Under the pieces are notes generated by a model. That model was not told the origin of the DNA and made no database searches. It saw only the letters and a list, made by a program, of their open reading frames with translations. From the NCBI GenBank assembly GCA_029717555.1, contig JAMDHS010000073.1, forward strand, positions 62,001 to 105,217: 43,217 nucleotides of DNA, given 5' to 3'. The position numbers and the translations under genes are program-made. Below are positions 21,923 to 34,061 of the stretch, piece by piece (within the stretch, counting starts at the first letter, position 1; each line of letters opens with the position of its first letter). This stretch comes from Peribolospora baueri. Taxonomy: Eukaryota.

Positions 21923-24900
21923 ATGCGCCTCCACTGGGCCTTCCTCGGCGTGCTCTCCCTGTCCTCCCTCCCCTCCCTCGCCGCGCAGATAGGAGATGAC
22001 CCAATCCTCGAGACCGTCTTGACACCCTCCGCCGGCACCGAAGATGGTGTTGTCAACGCCAATCTGTCCTCCGCCGCCGAGCAGTCCCTTCTGTGGGGAA
22101 CATGGAGGCCCAATCTTTACTTCGGAATGCGCTCTCGCGCCCCTCAGAGCCTTATGAACGGGCTGATGTGGTTCGGCGTGCATGATTACCACGGGTATAC
22201 GAGTGAGTAAGGACGACACAGGACGACGGTGGTCCAGTTGTTCGGCTGGGCAGAGCGACTCGGGGACCGTCTGACGAGTCGACTCCTCCGTCCCCACAGA
22301 CGTCCGCCACTCCGCCCAGCAGTCCGACGGCCTTCACGGCTACAACTGGGACTATCACGATGGACGGACCTTTGGCGAGCAGACGCTGCTGGACCCTATC
22401 AACAACTTGAGGCTCCTCACCAGCTGGTACAAGCCCGTCGAGACGCAGGAGAGCGGAAAGAAGGGCCCGCGGGGTTGGGCGGTTCGGGTAAAAGGGGAAA
22501 AGTTGGACAAGTGTGAGTGCAAGGACGATGACACTTTCCATAATTCTCTCGTCGTTCTCCTGCGTGTTCTGTGATATTTAGCACTCCTACCACGCCTTTC
22601 TCTTCAACTCGCTCACATAGCCTCGCTGCGTTTCCTTCCCCTTCTCTCCTCCTCGTGGCCACCCCTCCATGCCATTCAGCCAAACCCCTCCGCATTTCCA
22701 CCATCTTTTACACTGGCCTCGACAGCCCCCTCGGCTTCATCTCCCTGGACGACTCGATTGAATCGAACGCCGCCTCAGCAGAAGAGGGTCTCCAATCCCC
22801 CGTCGTCCTCACCGGCTCCTCTCCCGATCAGGGCCATGGCTCAGGGCGTTTCAGGATGCGCATAGTACAGGCGAGCGAGAACGCTGGGGTGAAAAGGGGG
22901 AGACACTGGGAGGACTATGAGCAGAGGATAGGCAAGACGCAGTTTGTAGGACTCGAGTCGAAATCCAAGGGGGGCGTCTGGAAGGCGAAGGGTGAGTGGA
23001 TTCAGGTCGACGCGAGAGAGGACCTTCTAAAAATCTTTTAATTCGCTTCGTCGCTGCGATAAATACGGATTCCGAATGAACCATACGGGCATCCACTTGC
23101 CTTGCCCCCCCTTTTTTTTTCGCTTCCCTTCTCCATCTCAGATCTCGTCCTCTTCTCCCAATCCCGCACCCTCCAAAACATGGTAGAGACGCGGGGAAGA
23201 GAGAACCTCCCCGACCCGGCGTTCGCCTTTCTCCTCGACAACGAGGTGAACTCAAAGGCGGACCTGTTTGCGCTGCAGAACGTCTATGACGGTCCATTCG
23301 AGTTTGACATTTATTTTGAACCGGAAGGGCGAGATGACGAAAAGGAGAGCGGTTGGGATGGTGAGTGGCCGAAGAGAATGCACGTTTGGATGGATTGGCG
23401 CGCTGGCCGATGTGATGGACCGAGGTCTGATCTCGTCCGCAAAGCTGATCTCGTATCGCCTTTGCGGACCTCGCCCCTCTCCCAGCCGAGACACTCACCA
23501 AAGCCCTGGCTGCTTCAAAGGCCTCGTACGACTCGAGCTTCTCCACCCTGTTTCCGCTTGCCAAGGACCTCAACGCGTTGCACCAGTCTTTAGCTCGCAA
23601 GCTCACCTCCTCCCTCATCGGCGGCATCGGCTACTTCCACGGTTCCTCTATCGTTGACCGCTCCTTCTCCCACTCTTACGACGCCGACGACGACGACAAT
23701 GGCGGCGGCGGATGGGACGACGACGAAGGCTCGGGCTTCCTCGATCCGGAGGCGGAGAAGGAGAGGCGCGGCGAGCCCGACCCGAAACTGACGCCGCCGA
23801 TGAGCCTCTTCACCGCGACGCCGAGTCGGAGCTTCTTCCCTCGCGGCTTTTACTGGGATGAAGGCTTCCATCTTGCTCACATCGGCGCTTGGGACAACGA
23901 TCTCAGGTGGGCGGCAGTGCTCCGGCAGATGAATACTCTCCTTGCGCGTCGTGCCAGCTAGCTGACTGACTGACATGTCGTCCTCCCCGCCCGCCCTCCT
24001 TCCTTCCTTTGCCTGGTGTGGCGCATCCTCGTGTCGTCCAGTCTCGATATCCTGAAGAGCTGGGTGGATCTCATCGACGAGAACGGTTGGGTGGCCCGGG
24101 AACAGATCCTTGGCGAGGAAGCGAGGAGCAAGGTAAGTCGTCCTTTGTCGAGGATGAACGATCTGACCCGAGCACGCGTGAGCGCAACAGGATCCGTTAA
24201 CATCACTCGTGCGGGTTCGTTCGGTGGCCACCATCATTGCTTTTTGCGGTTTCCAGGTGCCGGCAGAGTTCCAAACTCAATACCCTACCTACGCCAACCC
24301 GCCGACGCTGACGATGGCCGTCACCGCGTTCATCAACCGCTTCAAGCGACGGGGCAACGGCAACGCTTCGACCGCCGCCGCCCAAAGACGGCTCTCCGAC
24401 GCTGACCTTGGTCTGGATCCGATGGCGGCCGTCGGCGGAGGTGCAGTCGCGGAGCAGCTGTCGTTCACGTCGTCCGCGAACGGCACCTCGGCAAGCGAGG
24501 GCGCGGGCGGGGACGAGAATCGCTCTGGCTCGTCGCCGTCGCCGTCGCAGCTCGCGGATCTCCACCTGACCTCTACCGAACGCGCGACGTCGTTCCTGCG
24601 CTCCATCTATCCCTCCCTCCGAAGACACTACCTCTGGTTCCGGCGTACCCAACGCGGCGAGATCAAGCAATGGGACCGCAGCGCCACGTCCCGACACGAG
24701 GCATACCGATGGCGGGGCCGCACGCCGGAACACGTGCTCACGTCGGGCTTGGACGACTATCCGCGAGCCCCGAGGCCGCACTCTGGAGAGCTGCACGTGG
24801 ACCTGATGAGCTGGATGGGCTTTTTCGCCAGGACGATGAGCGAGATTGCTGGGTTTTTGGGAGAGGTGGAGGAAGCGGAGGAGTATGAGAGACAGTATGA

Positions 24901-25768
24901 GGCCATCGTGGCTAACTTGGATGGTGAGTGGGCGGACGGACGGGACGGGAAGGAAAGCGAGTCGTCTGACGGCACCTCGTTTTTTGTTTTCCCGGCGGCT
25001 CGCAGACCTGCACTGGAATGAGAAAGAGCAGATGTACTGCGACGCGTCGGTGGACGAGTTGGACGAGTCGTTCCACGTGTGCCACCGAGGCTACGTGTCC
25101 CTCTTCCCGCTCCTCCTCTCCCTCATCGAGCCCACGTCGCCGCACCTCGGACCGGTGCTCGAGCTGATGCGCGACCCGGAGCATCTGTGGTCGCCGTTCG
25201 GCTTGAGGAGCTTGAGCAAGAGCCACGAGTTGTATGGGCAGGGGGAGAACTACTGGAAGGGACCGGTGTGGGTGCAGATGAACTACCTCGCTCTGGCGGC
25301 GCTGAAGAAGGTACGTCGTCGGCCCGGTCGTCGTCGTCTCGTCCGTCGCCATCCGCGCTGATCGTTATCCTGCCCGTCCCCGTCCCGAACAGAAGTATGC
25401 CATCGAGCCAGGCCCATACCGGGAACGCGCGGCGGAGATCTACGCCGAGCTGAGGCAGAACGTGATCGACAACGTGTTCAAGGTGAGTGAGAGAAACGAG
25501 TGGTGAAGCGAGGTGACGTGCGATGATGTGACTGACGGGACCTTGTACGTCGTCCTTGACCCGTCGTTCAGGAGTTCCAACGCACCAATTATGTGTGGGA
25601 GCAGTACGACCCCGAGACGGGCGAAGGTCGGAGAAGGTGGGTGGCGATCGACGAATAAGGATCGACTCTAAGCTGACGGCGTATCGTTTCGTTTCGTCGC
25701 ACCTCAGCGCGCCTTTCACGGGATGGACATCGCTGGTGGCGCTCATCATGGCGGAGATCTATGACTGA
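21923..25768 (+). CDS. CWH41: Mannosyl-oligosaccharide glucosidase (ER glucosidase I, GH63); 11 exons: 21923-22202, 22300-22512, 22680-22991, 23142-23360, 23486-23906, 24042-24132, 24257-24923, 25006-25310, 25393-25482, 25572-25636, 25708-25768
   Basis: Hydrophobic N-terminus, [88 protein letters not shown] and PFTGWTSLV. All splice phases are consistent. Confidence 0.96.
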
Positions 25769-26872
25769 TGAGATCAGCTCAGTTTGAACGCTACTCACGT
25801 CTATATTCTTCCGGCATTCGTTAGAAAGAAAGAAAGAGAGAATGTGGAAGGATGGAAGGAAGAATGGGATGCGAATTCGTATTCCCTTCGCGCCGCACCG
25901 CATCCTGTTACGATACCGTCCGGCGTGGCCGAGCCCGAGCCATTTGGTTCTCCCTCTCCAAAAGTCGGGAGGAAAGACAGAAGAGGAGGGACAGGTGAGG
26001 TAGGGGGGAAGGGAAAGAGGCAGATAGATGGATGAAGAGAAGAACACAGATATATGCTGCCAGAGCGCCCGGCGTCTTGTCTTGGTCGGTCGTCGGCGTG
26101 TCCACGCGCCGTCCTTCTCTTCCGCTCCTTTGCGAGGGGCGGACATGGATGTGGTTGGCGGTTGGCCCGGCGTGCCGTGCCGGCATTCGGAGGAGGCGAG
26201 CCAAGACGAAGGGGAAGGGGGTCGCAGGCGCATTGGTCGTGTATGCGCCGGCGCCTACGTCGTTTCGTTTAACTCGGGTCGGACGACGGACGGACGGAGA
26301 GACGTGGCGGCTGATCCGGCGACGGTTACGGTGTGCCGACGGGGAGAGCATCCGCACCCGCCGTGCTGTGCTGTGTCTGAGGGAGCACTTTGGAACGGAT
26401 GCAACTGGTGAGCTACGGCACGCAGCGACGGTAGAAGGACGGACGGGTGAGTGGGTGTAGCGTGCATGGTTGGTTGGAGGGCGGTGCGGATACGATGAGC
26501 TCGTGAAAGGTGCAGCGGGGACGGAGGCGAGCTGGAGGCTGGAGAGGGCGACGAGGGGCAAAAAGAAAAGACAGACATGACATCATATCATGGTTGACGG
26601 CGTCCTCACTCGGGCTCGCCGCGCCCGCTTGTTCCAGTCAAGCGATGGATGTATGCGGCCTGCGTTGCTGGCGAGAGATGCGCAAGACGAACGAGGGTCA
26701 GACAGATAGACATCAGCTATGCGCGACGACGGCCCTCCCCATATGTCCGCCCATCGCTTGGTACTCGCTAGCACTGCCCGTGCGCGGACGCTTATCGTTC
26801 CATTCCACTCCCTTCTCCTCCGGCGACAGCCAGCGAGACCGGCGGCGTCCAGCGGGTATTGAGAGGGGACAG

Positions 26873-26879
26873 CGACGAC

Positions 26880-26911
<32 letters not shown>

Positions 26912-27165
26912 ATTCAAACGGACGATGGAATCGAACCGAATCGTTTCTCCTTTCTTTTAACCCTTGGCTTGCTCCGCCTGCGACCACCTCACCTCGCTCG
27001 GCCTCGGCCTCGGCTTGCCACCCTCGTCGTCCCCTCCAGCCCGCTTGCTTCTTCTTCCGACCGCCCCCGCCCGCGCCGCCCCCTTCCTCGCCTCTCCTCC
27101 TCGGTCCCTCTTCTCTCCCCACTACCACCACCATCGCCGCCACCACCACCACCACCACCACCACC
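26873..27165. repeat. (CGACGG)n and (CCA)n repeats in the pyrimidine-rich region upstream of SET9
   Basis: Hexamer run at 26873-26909 and CCA run at about 27121-27165. Confidence 0.85.
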
Positions 27166-27389
27166 GCTACCCAGGCCTCCCCTTCAGCCTCGCACCACTC
27201 CCTCCCCATGTGGCCTCCTCCTCCACAATAGTTTCTCACCCCCCTCTCCCCACCATCGTCCCACCCGCCGCCCTCCCCCTCCTCCCTCCTCCCTCCTCCC
27301 CCCTTCCTTCTCCCATCTCCCACAGCCACATCGCCACCACGTCCCCGCAATCGCTATCGCTATCGTAATCGCATCCACCCCACGCAACA

Positions 27390-30300
27390 ATGGACTCGGA
27401 CCTCGCCTCGGACGACGACCTCCTCTCCGACCTCCTCCTCGACACCTTCGAGTTCTCCCCGCCCATCACCACCTACAAGATCAACCCCGCCTACCGCTCC
27501 CACCGCTTTGACTCGCAGCTCGTCAGCGGCATCGTCAGGCAGTGCGTCGTCAAAGGCGCCGACGTACAGCAGGCCGTCGACAAGCTGACCGCGTGAGCAC
27601 GACTGTTGGCGTGGACGAATGAATGCGCCGAGATCGCCTTCGCCATCGTCCTCGCTCTTGGTCACTCACCGCCTCGCTTCCACCTTGTCGTCCTCCTTTC
27701 CCCCAGCATCGGCGTCGTCCAGCGATATCTCCGCACAAGGGGCCCCAGGCAGCGAACGGCATTCCTTCTGTGAGCTCCCTGTCTACCGACCCGAGATCGG
27801 AGTGAACGCACAGTATCGCTCCCAAGGTGTATTGATTTTCTCTTTTTCCGTCTTTTCCTCTCGATGGCCAGCCATGCTCGCCGTTATCTCGAGACCTACC
27901 TGCCCAATGCAGGCATCGAGTTCGGCCTCACCACGCGCTACATCGGCCTCTCCAATCATCCACCCGTTTCCGCCTCGCACCAGGTTCCCCCCTATTCCTC
28001 CCCCTCCATTGCCGGCCCCTCCCGCCAGGTCTCCCTCTCCTCTGCCCCGCTGCCCGCTCCCAGGTTCCTGCCAGCTGTCGCCCCCACCGCCGCCGCCTCC
28101 TCCAAGGCCGACCTTTGCGTCCTCTCCCTCCGCCGCTTCTCACCAGGCGAGATTATCTCCCACTGCAGGGGCGGCATCCGCGACCTCACCAAGGACGAGG
28201 ATGAGCGCCTCCGCACCGCTGGCCTTGGCCTCCTACCTGGCGCGTCCAAGGGCGGCGGCGTAGGAGGGGTCAAGGGCAGAGGCAGGGATTTTTCCGTGAT
28301 CACCAGCTCAAGAAAGGGCTGCTCACAGCTCTTTTTGGGACCTGCGCGGTTCGTTAACGTGAGCCTTTGTTGATTTTTTTTCTTTCTTTTCGCATTCTTC
28401 TTCCTCCTTTCTTTTTTTCCTCTCTTCTTTCCGTTGTTTCCTCTTCCTTCCCAATCTCTTTTGCCCTTCTTATTTTTATCCTATTTTGGCCGTCCGGCGT
28501 GCCATGCTGTTCCCTGGCATCGTGGTTCGTTGAATTGGCGCCGTTCGACCATTTTGCCAACGCCTCTCAAGTTCAGATATTCGGCGCCGCTCGTCGGAGT
28601 CGCGTACCAAACCCTTTTCAACGTTTCTAGTCCCTGCTTGTCGTTGGAATTTTTTTCTTGCTTTTTTTTTTCTCGCCTGCGAGGGCTGTTGGATGGCCTC
28701 GTCGGCTCTACTCTAAATTTTTAAGCCGTTCCTACTTTTTTTCTCGCGCCTTTCTCGCTCTTCAAAAATTGCCATACTGACACGTCCACGCTGTGTCTCT
28801 CCTTTTGGCACAGCACGACTGCGATCCAAACACGGAGTTCCACCGCCAGGGCGTCAACGTCCTCTTCCGGGTCATCAAGCCTATTGAAGTCGGCGAGGAG
28901 ATCACCACTTTCGTGAGTGGCCCGTCGTCTTGCGTATCATGCCTCCCTCCCCAGGACCCCTCTTAATCTTCACTAAGCTCCTCACCCGTTTTACCCGCTT
29001 CCAACAGTATGGTGAGGACTATTTCGAAGAGGGGAACGCCGAATGTCTGTGCGCCACATGCGAGAAGAACGGCACGGGAGCTTTCGCGGTTCCCGCCGCG
29101 GCGATGGACTCGGCTGAGGAGGATCGCAAGGAGGGGGCGCCAAGTGACGGTGGAGGCATGATGACGCGGACAAAGTCCATGCTGTCAGACAAGTCGCTGG
29201 GCAAGCGCAAGCGCCTGGATGGCAGTCCCTCGATGCTTCCCTCCCCATCGCCGACGCCTAGCCGATCTGACTCTGTTTCACGTGACGGCGAGGAGCTGCA
29301 TTCGGCGACGGGCAACGGCGACTTACTGCAAGTGCGCGGCAGCCCGTCCTCTGACGGGTCGGTGACGACGTGTGTCACCTGTGGCGCTTTCTTCCGCCCG
29401 CCGGAGAAGTGGTGGACGCCGGAGGAGTGTGCCCGGTGTGAGCGCCACTACCGCATATACGGGGTCGACTGGCCAGAGCGCGTCGGCGGCACCATGGGCC
29501 TCGGTGAGAAGAGCAAGACCAAGGACCGCCAGCGCAACGCCGGTGCCAGTGCCAGTGCCAGTTCCGCTTCCCGTTCCGTTTCCAGCTCTGCTTCCAACTC
29601 GGCTTCCGCCGCTCATATCCCCTCTTCAGGCGATCCAGAGCGCGAGCGCAGACGCCGTGGGCGACCACCAGGCACCAGCAAGGCGGCCGCCATAGTCCTC
29701 GAAGAGATGTCCCCCGCGCCGGAGAATCGAAAGACTGGGGCCAGTCCCAGCCCACGCCCCGTCATCGGCACTGGTTCTCGTCCGCGCGGTCGACCGTCCA
29801 AGGCTTGGCTCGACGCTCAAGCACACGCCTTGAGCCTAAGCCTTACGACCGCGCCGGCGGGTGAAGAAGTAGCGCCGCGGCCTCGCAGGAAACGCGGCCG
29901 ACCACCGAAAAATGAGGAGAAAGGCGCGGCCGCGACGCCCCGCGACGATCAGAGCGCCCGCGCACGGACGAATAGGGCTGACTTGGACGACGGCGACGAT
30001 TCGTCCGAGCTAACTCCCGACTTGGACGATTCGGAGGACGCCGGCTTGGACTCGGGCTCGGATTCGGACCGTTCGGCTTCGTCGTCGTCGTCGTCAGGCT
30101 CCGGAGTCGCCGTTTTGGGCAAGGCGGCCACGACGGAGACGTTGGCTCTTTTCTGGGGTGCTCCGGAGGGCTCGAGGCGGCGGCGAACCTCGGTCGGTAT
30201 GGCTGTCCCCGGCGTCGTTGAGGCGGGCGGTGATGGTGGTGGTGACGGTCGGGCTGGCGGTAGCGACAGAGCAGGAGCAAGCGCCGGAGGTGGGGAGAAG

Positions 30301-33300
30301 GAAATGGAGAGGGTCAAGGCGGAGTTGAGAGAGGCGCGACGGCGACGCGCTGAAGCGAAGAAGGGGTGGGAGAAGAAGGAGAAGAGGTTGGCAGGAGCAG
30401 CGGAGGAGAAGGTGAAGGTAGCGGACGCATCTTCGCTTGGCCCGTCAGGTTTCCGGTTCCGCGGCGAGGACGCTGGCTCGCCGGGTGAGGTGGAAGGCCT
30501 GTTAGGCAGCGAAGCGCTACCGATGTCCCGTGGCACGAGGTCTGCAGCGACCGCTGTGGGCGGCGGCGTGAAAGAGTCCGGATCGGCGCCGACGCTTTCC
30601 GAGCTGTCCGACCCGCCGCCGTCCGAGAAGGAACGGGCGCTCGCGGAATCTGTTCCCGAGCCGACGCATCGGGAGAAGGACGACAAGAATGAGGATCAAG
30701 AGAAGGAGCACGTCGGTCGTCGTGGCTTGGCCGTCGAGGACGCAAAGGCCTTTGTCGTAGTGGAAGAGATCGACGCGGCGCCGCGGCGACGAGGCGTTTC
30801 CCCGCCTCGCGCGCCTGCACACCCTCAGCTCGTCGCGTCAGTCGAACAGAGTCCCAGTCCGGACCGGGACGCTCGACCAGCCGAATCGAAGCCGACCCCA
30901 AAAGTCGAGGAGAAGGTGCCGAGGCGGGCTTCGAAAGCCGCGGAGGTGGAGTCGCCTCCCTCGTCTGCCGTCGCCGATGCCACGCCGTATCTGGACGGCT
31001 CGCCCCGCCCGGAGGACCAGAAAGGACCGAAGCGATTTTCGTTGCACAATCTCGCCGCATTTTGGGGCGTCCCGCCAGGCGAAGGACGGACGAGGCGCAG
31101 ACTCGCACAACAGCAAGAGCCAGCGCAAGCTCAGAAACACGCACAACCACAAAGTCCTACCTTTCTGCCTCAGGCCGCAGCTGGACAGGCAGACGTCGTC
31201 CCTGACCGTAGACGGAGGTCGGCGAGGCGTAGCGGGCTCTCCATCGACGAAGCAGAGAGAGGAACTGGCGCGAGCCAGGAAACTGGGCGCAAAGCGGATG
31301 TCAACGTCGACGTCGGCGTGCCCGAGAGCCTCTCTTCGACTTCTGTCAAGAAACCCGTCGACCGGGAGGCTGTCGGGCAGCGCGTCTCTGCCCCTGCCCG
31401 TGCTGTGCGGAGGGAGGAATCGGCGGCGTCCGCTCCCGCCCCGGCGAAAGCGCCGAAGGTGGAGGCGAGCGACGAGGCGGTAACACCGACGGCAGAGAGA
31501 GACGCCGACGATGAGGCGGCGTCCAAATCTTCCTCCAGGCCTTCTCGATTTAAGCGGACCTGGACGAGCGTCCTCTCGTCCGCGTGGGGTGTCGAATATG
31601 ACGGCGCGGAGGGAAGGAAGACGCGCAGAAAGGTGTCTTCTCCGCTGACTGCGACGGCCGGCTCCTCGGGTGCCTCCCGGAGCTCGTCACCCGCTTCCTC
31701 TTCTGCGTTGCCGTTGCCCGTTTTGTCGACGAAACACGACGAGACGATGAAACAGCGCCGCCGCGCGTCGATCAGCAGTTTAAAAGATGGACAATCTGCC
31801 CAGTCTTCCAAGGCGCCTCCGAAGAAGGCAAGAGTGAGTGCCGCCGACGCGCCGCCTCCGAGGTGGCACAAGGGCGGACAGCTGGTGCGCGACGATTCGT
31901 CCAGGCCTACTCCGTCGCCGTCCGCCCCTGTGACGCCACCTACGGCTTCGACGACCGTGGCGCCTCCGTCTGCTCCCGCGACGCTAGCCACGGCTCCGAC
32001 GACTGCGCCATCTCCCGCCCCGTCCGTTACGGAAGGGAAGGTGGAGGAGTCGCCGGGTTCGGAACTTGCTTTGGCGTCTTCGTCGGTTTCGAAGACTCCT
32101 GCTCGGTCGACCGAGCTTACGCCATCTCCCGCTCCAACCAGTGAACCCGGCTCCCAGCCGATGGCGTCAAAGAAGTCGCACAACGCCAAACCGCGCCCGC
32201 CGCCGACGGAGGAAGAGTTGCGAGCACGCAGGACGAGCGGACGGGCGAGGAAGCCACCGCGGTTGCCGGACAACGTCGTGTCGTACACCGGTTCGCTTTT
32301 GCAGCTCAACAAGGAGGACGCGTACGCTGCGAACGGACGGTCTCCGCCCAAGGTCAAGGAGAGGACACCCCGCGTGTCGCCTATGAAGGATCGGGAGCAC
32401 TTGCAGAAGCGACTGTTGTCGCAGCAAGCTGATGCGCCGGTAGGCGCGACGGGCAAGCAGCTACCAGCGAAGAGAATGAAGACGGAGGACCGCACGGCTA
32501 CGATCGCTTCGGTGGGCCTCAACGGCCGAGTCACGCCGTCCAGCAACAACGAGTCCCCATCTCAATCCCCCGGCCACGTGCCGATCACGCCTACGCCTCT
32601 ACCTTACCACTCTGCCGCTCACAGTGCCCGTCAGGGTTCCGTCGCCGGCGGCGAACGTTTGCCGGGCCCTCGCGAGCTGTTCTCGTCGAACACGGTGTCT
32701 GCTCCTGCTCTCTTACCGCCGCGCGCCGAGAGGCCACCGACGCAAGTCAAGACGGTGAATGAGGAGCTGGAGACGTCGGACGCAGCGAGCATCTTGTTGA
32801 CACTCGGTTTTGGATCCGTCGGCGGCTCTGGTCGGCCAAGCCAGCCGCCGGAGACACCTAAACCGACGGAGCGAAAGACGACTTCGAGGAAGAGGGACGG
32901 ACGAACGTCTTCGTCGTCGTCGTTGCCATCGTCATCGGCGGCGACGTTGCGAGGGCCTGCGCCGCCCGCATCTTCTCCCAAGGTCGCTGAGCTCGCGCCT
33001 CAGCGATCGATGGAGCGCGCCGTGGCAATGAGCGCGTCGCTGACGATGCCGCCGGCTCCCGTGGTGCCTCAACACGACGGGATGCACCCTCCAGTCCCGC
33101 CCTACGGTAGCCCTAGGATGGCCCATGCGGGCGTCCACCAGGGGCACGCCGCCGCCCACCGAGCGTACGCTTCGCCTCCGATGCTCCACCAGCCCCACGT
33201 CGTGCACGCTCAACACGCCCTTGTTCCGCCTACACAGACCGTCGCTCACGTACCGCAATTTCAGGCACAGCGCGTCCCGTTTATGCAACATTCAGAGCGA

Positions 33301-33627
33301 CTTGAGGGCCAGCATTATCCTCAGCATCAGCATCAGCACCAGCACCAGCCAAAGCATCAGCCAAAGCATCAGCACCAGCACCAGCACCAGCATCAGCACC
33401 AGCACCAGCACCAGCATAGGCAGGCGTTGGAGGAGGACCGGCAGTGGTATGAACAGCAGCAGCGTTTGTATGCGCAACCCCCATTACATCAACCGCTTCC
33501 GTCTTTGGCATCCGTGCCGATGCCGTTGCCGCCGCCTACTGTGGCATCAGCGTCGATGCCGATGGCGCATGGCCCTGTGCCCCCCCATCACAACCAGCCG
33601 TATCCGAGCATGACGTCGATGATGTAG
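27390..33627 (+). CDS. SET9: Histone H4K20 methyltransferase Set9 (Suv4-20 family) with long disordered tail; exons 27390-27592, 27707-27769, 27872-28358, 28814-28912, 29008-33627
   Basis: N-terminal DDDLLSDLLLD, HARRYLETYLPNAGIE, RDFSVITSSRKGCSQLFLGPARFVN|HDCDPN, GEEITTF|YGEDYF and post-SET CLCATC. Confidence 0.93.
33322..33417 (+). repeat. Coding hexamer repeat (CAGCAY)n giving a (QH)n tract interrupted by two QPKH units in the Set9 tail
   Basis: Directly visible; translates as QHQHQHQHQPKHQPKHQHQHQHQHQHQHQHQH. Confidence 0.95.
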
Positions 33628-34061
33628 TCTGTCTGTCCGTCTGTCCTTGACGTGCGACGCGGAACCGTACTCTATGATCCATCCTCCGCCGCGAACGCTC
33701 CATTTGCTCGCTCGCTCTCTCTCTTTCCTTCTCTCCAATTCCCCCCTTTTCGGACACACACACACACAATCTGTACTCTACTATGCATGCCTGGCAGCCA
33801 GCGAGTCCACCCGCTAGCGGGGTGGAAGGACATCGATTGGATGATTTTTCGACGACAGACAGACGGACAGACGGACAGATGGCTCGACAATGGTCTCGTT
33901 TTCGATGAGAAGGAAGGGGTCGGTGGATGATTATCGAAGCGAAGGAGCGCGCGAGTGCGCGACGGGACGTGACGTGAAGTGGGATGAGGTGACACGAGCG
34001 AAGAGGCGTCGTTTTGCCGTCGTCGTCGCTCCGCTTCTTCCCAGCGTCACTTACACTCTCA

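Noticed and set aside
26000..27389. ORFs of 130-333 aa between CWH41 and SET9
   Set aside because: Poly-Arg/Pro/His translations of simple repeats with no recognisable motif.
31170..32549. 459-aa antisense ORF and the many other shadow ORFs over the GEF, SET9 and HSF genes
   Set aside because: Expected from stop-poor GC-rich codon usage on the opposite strand; no independent motifs.
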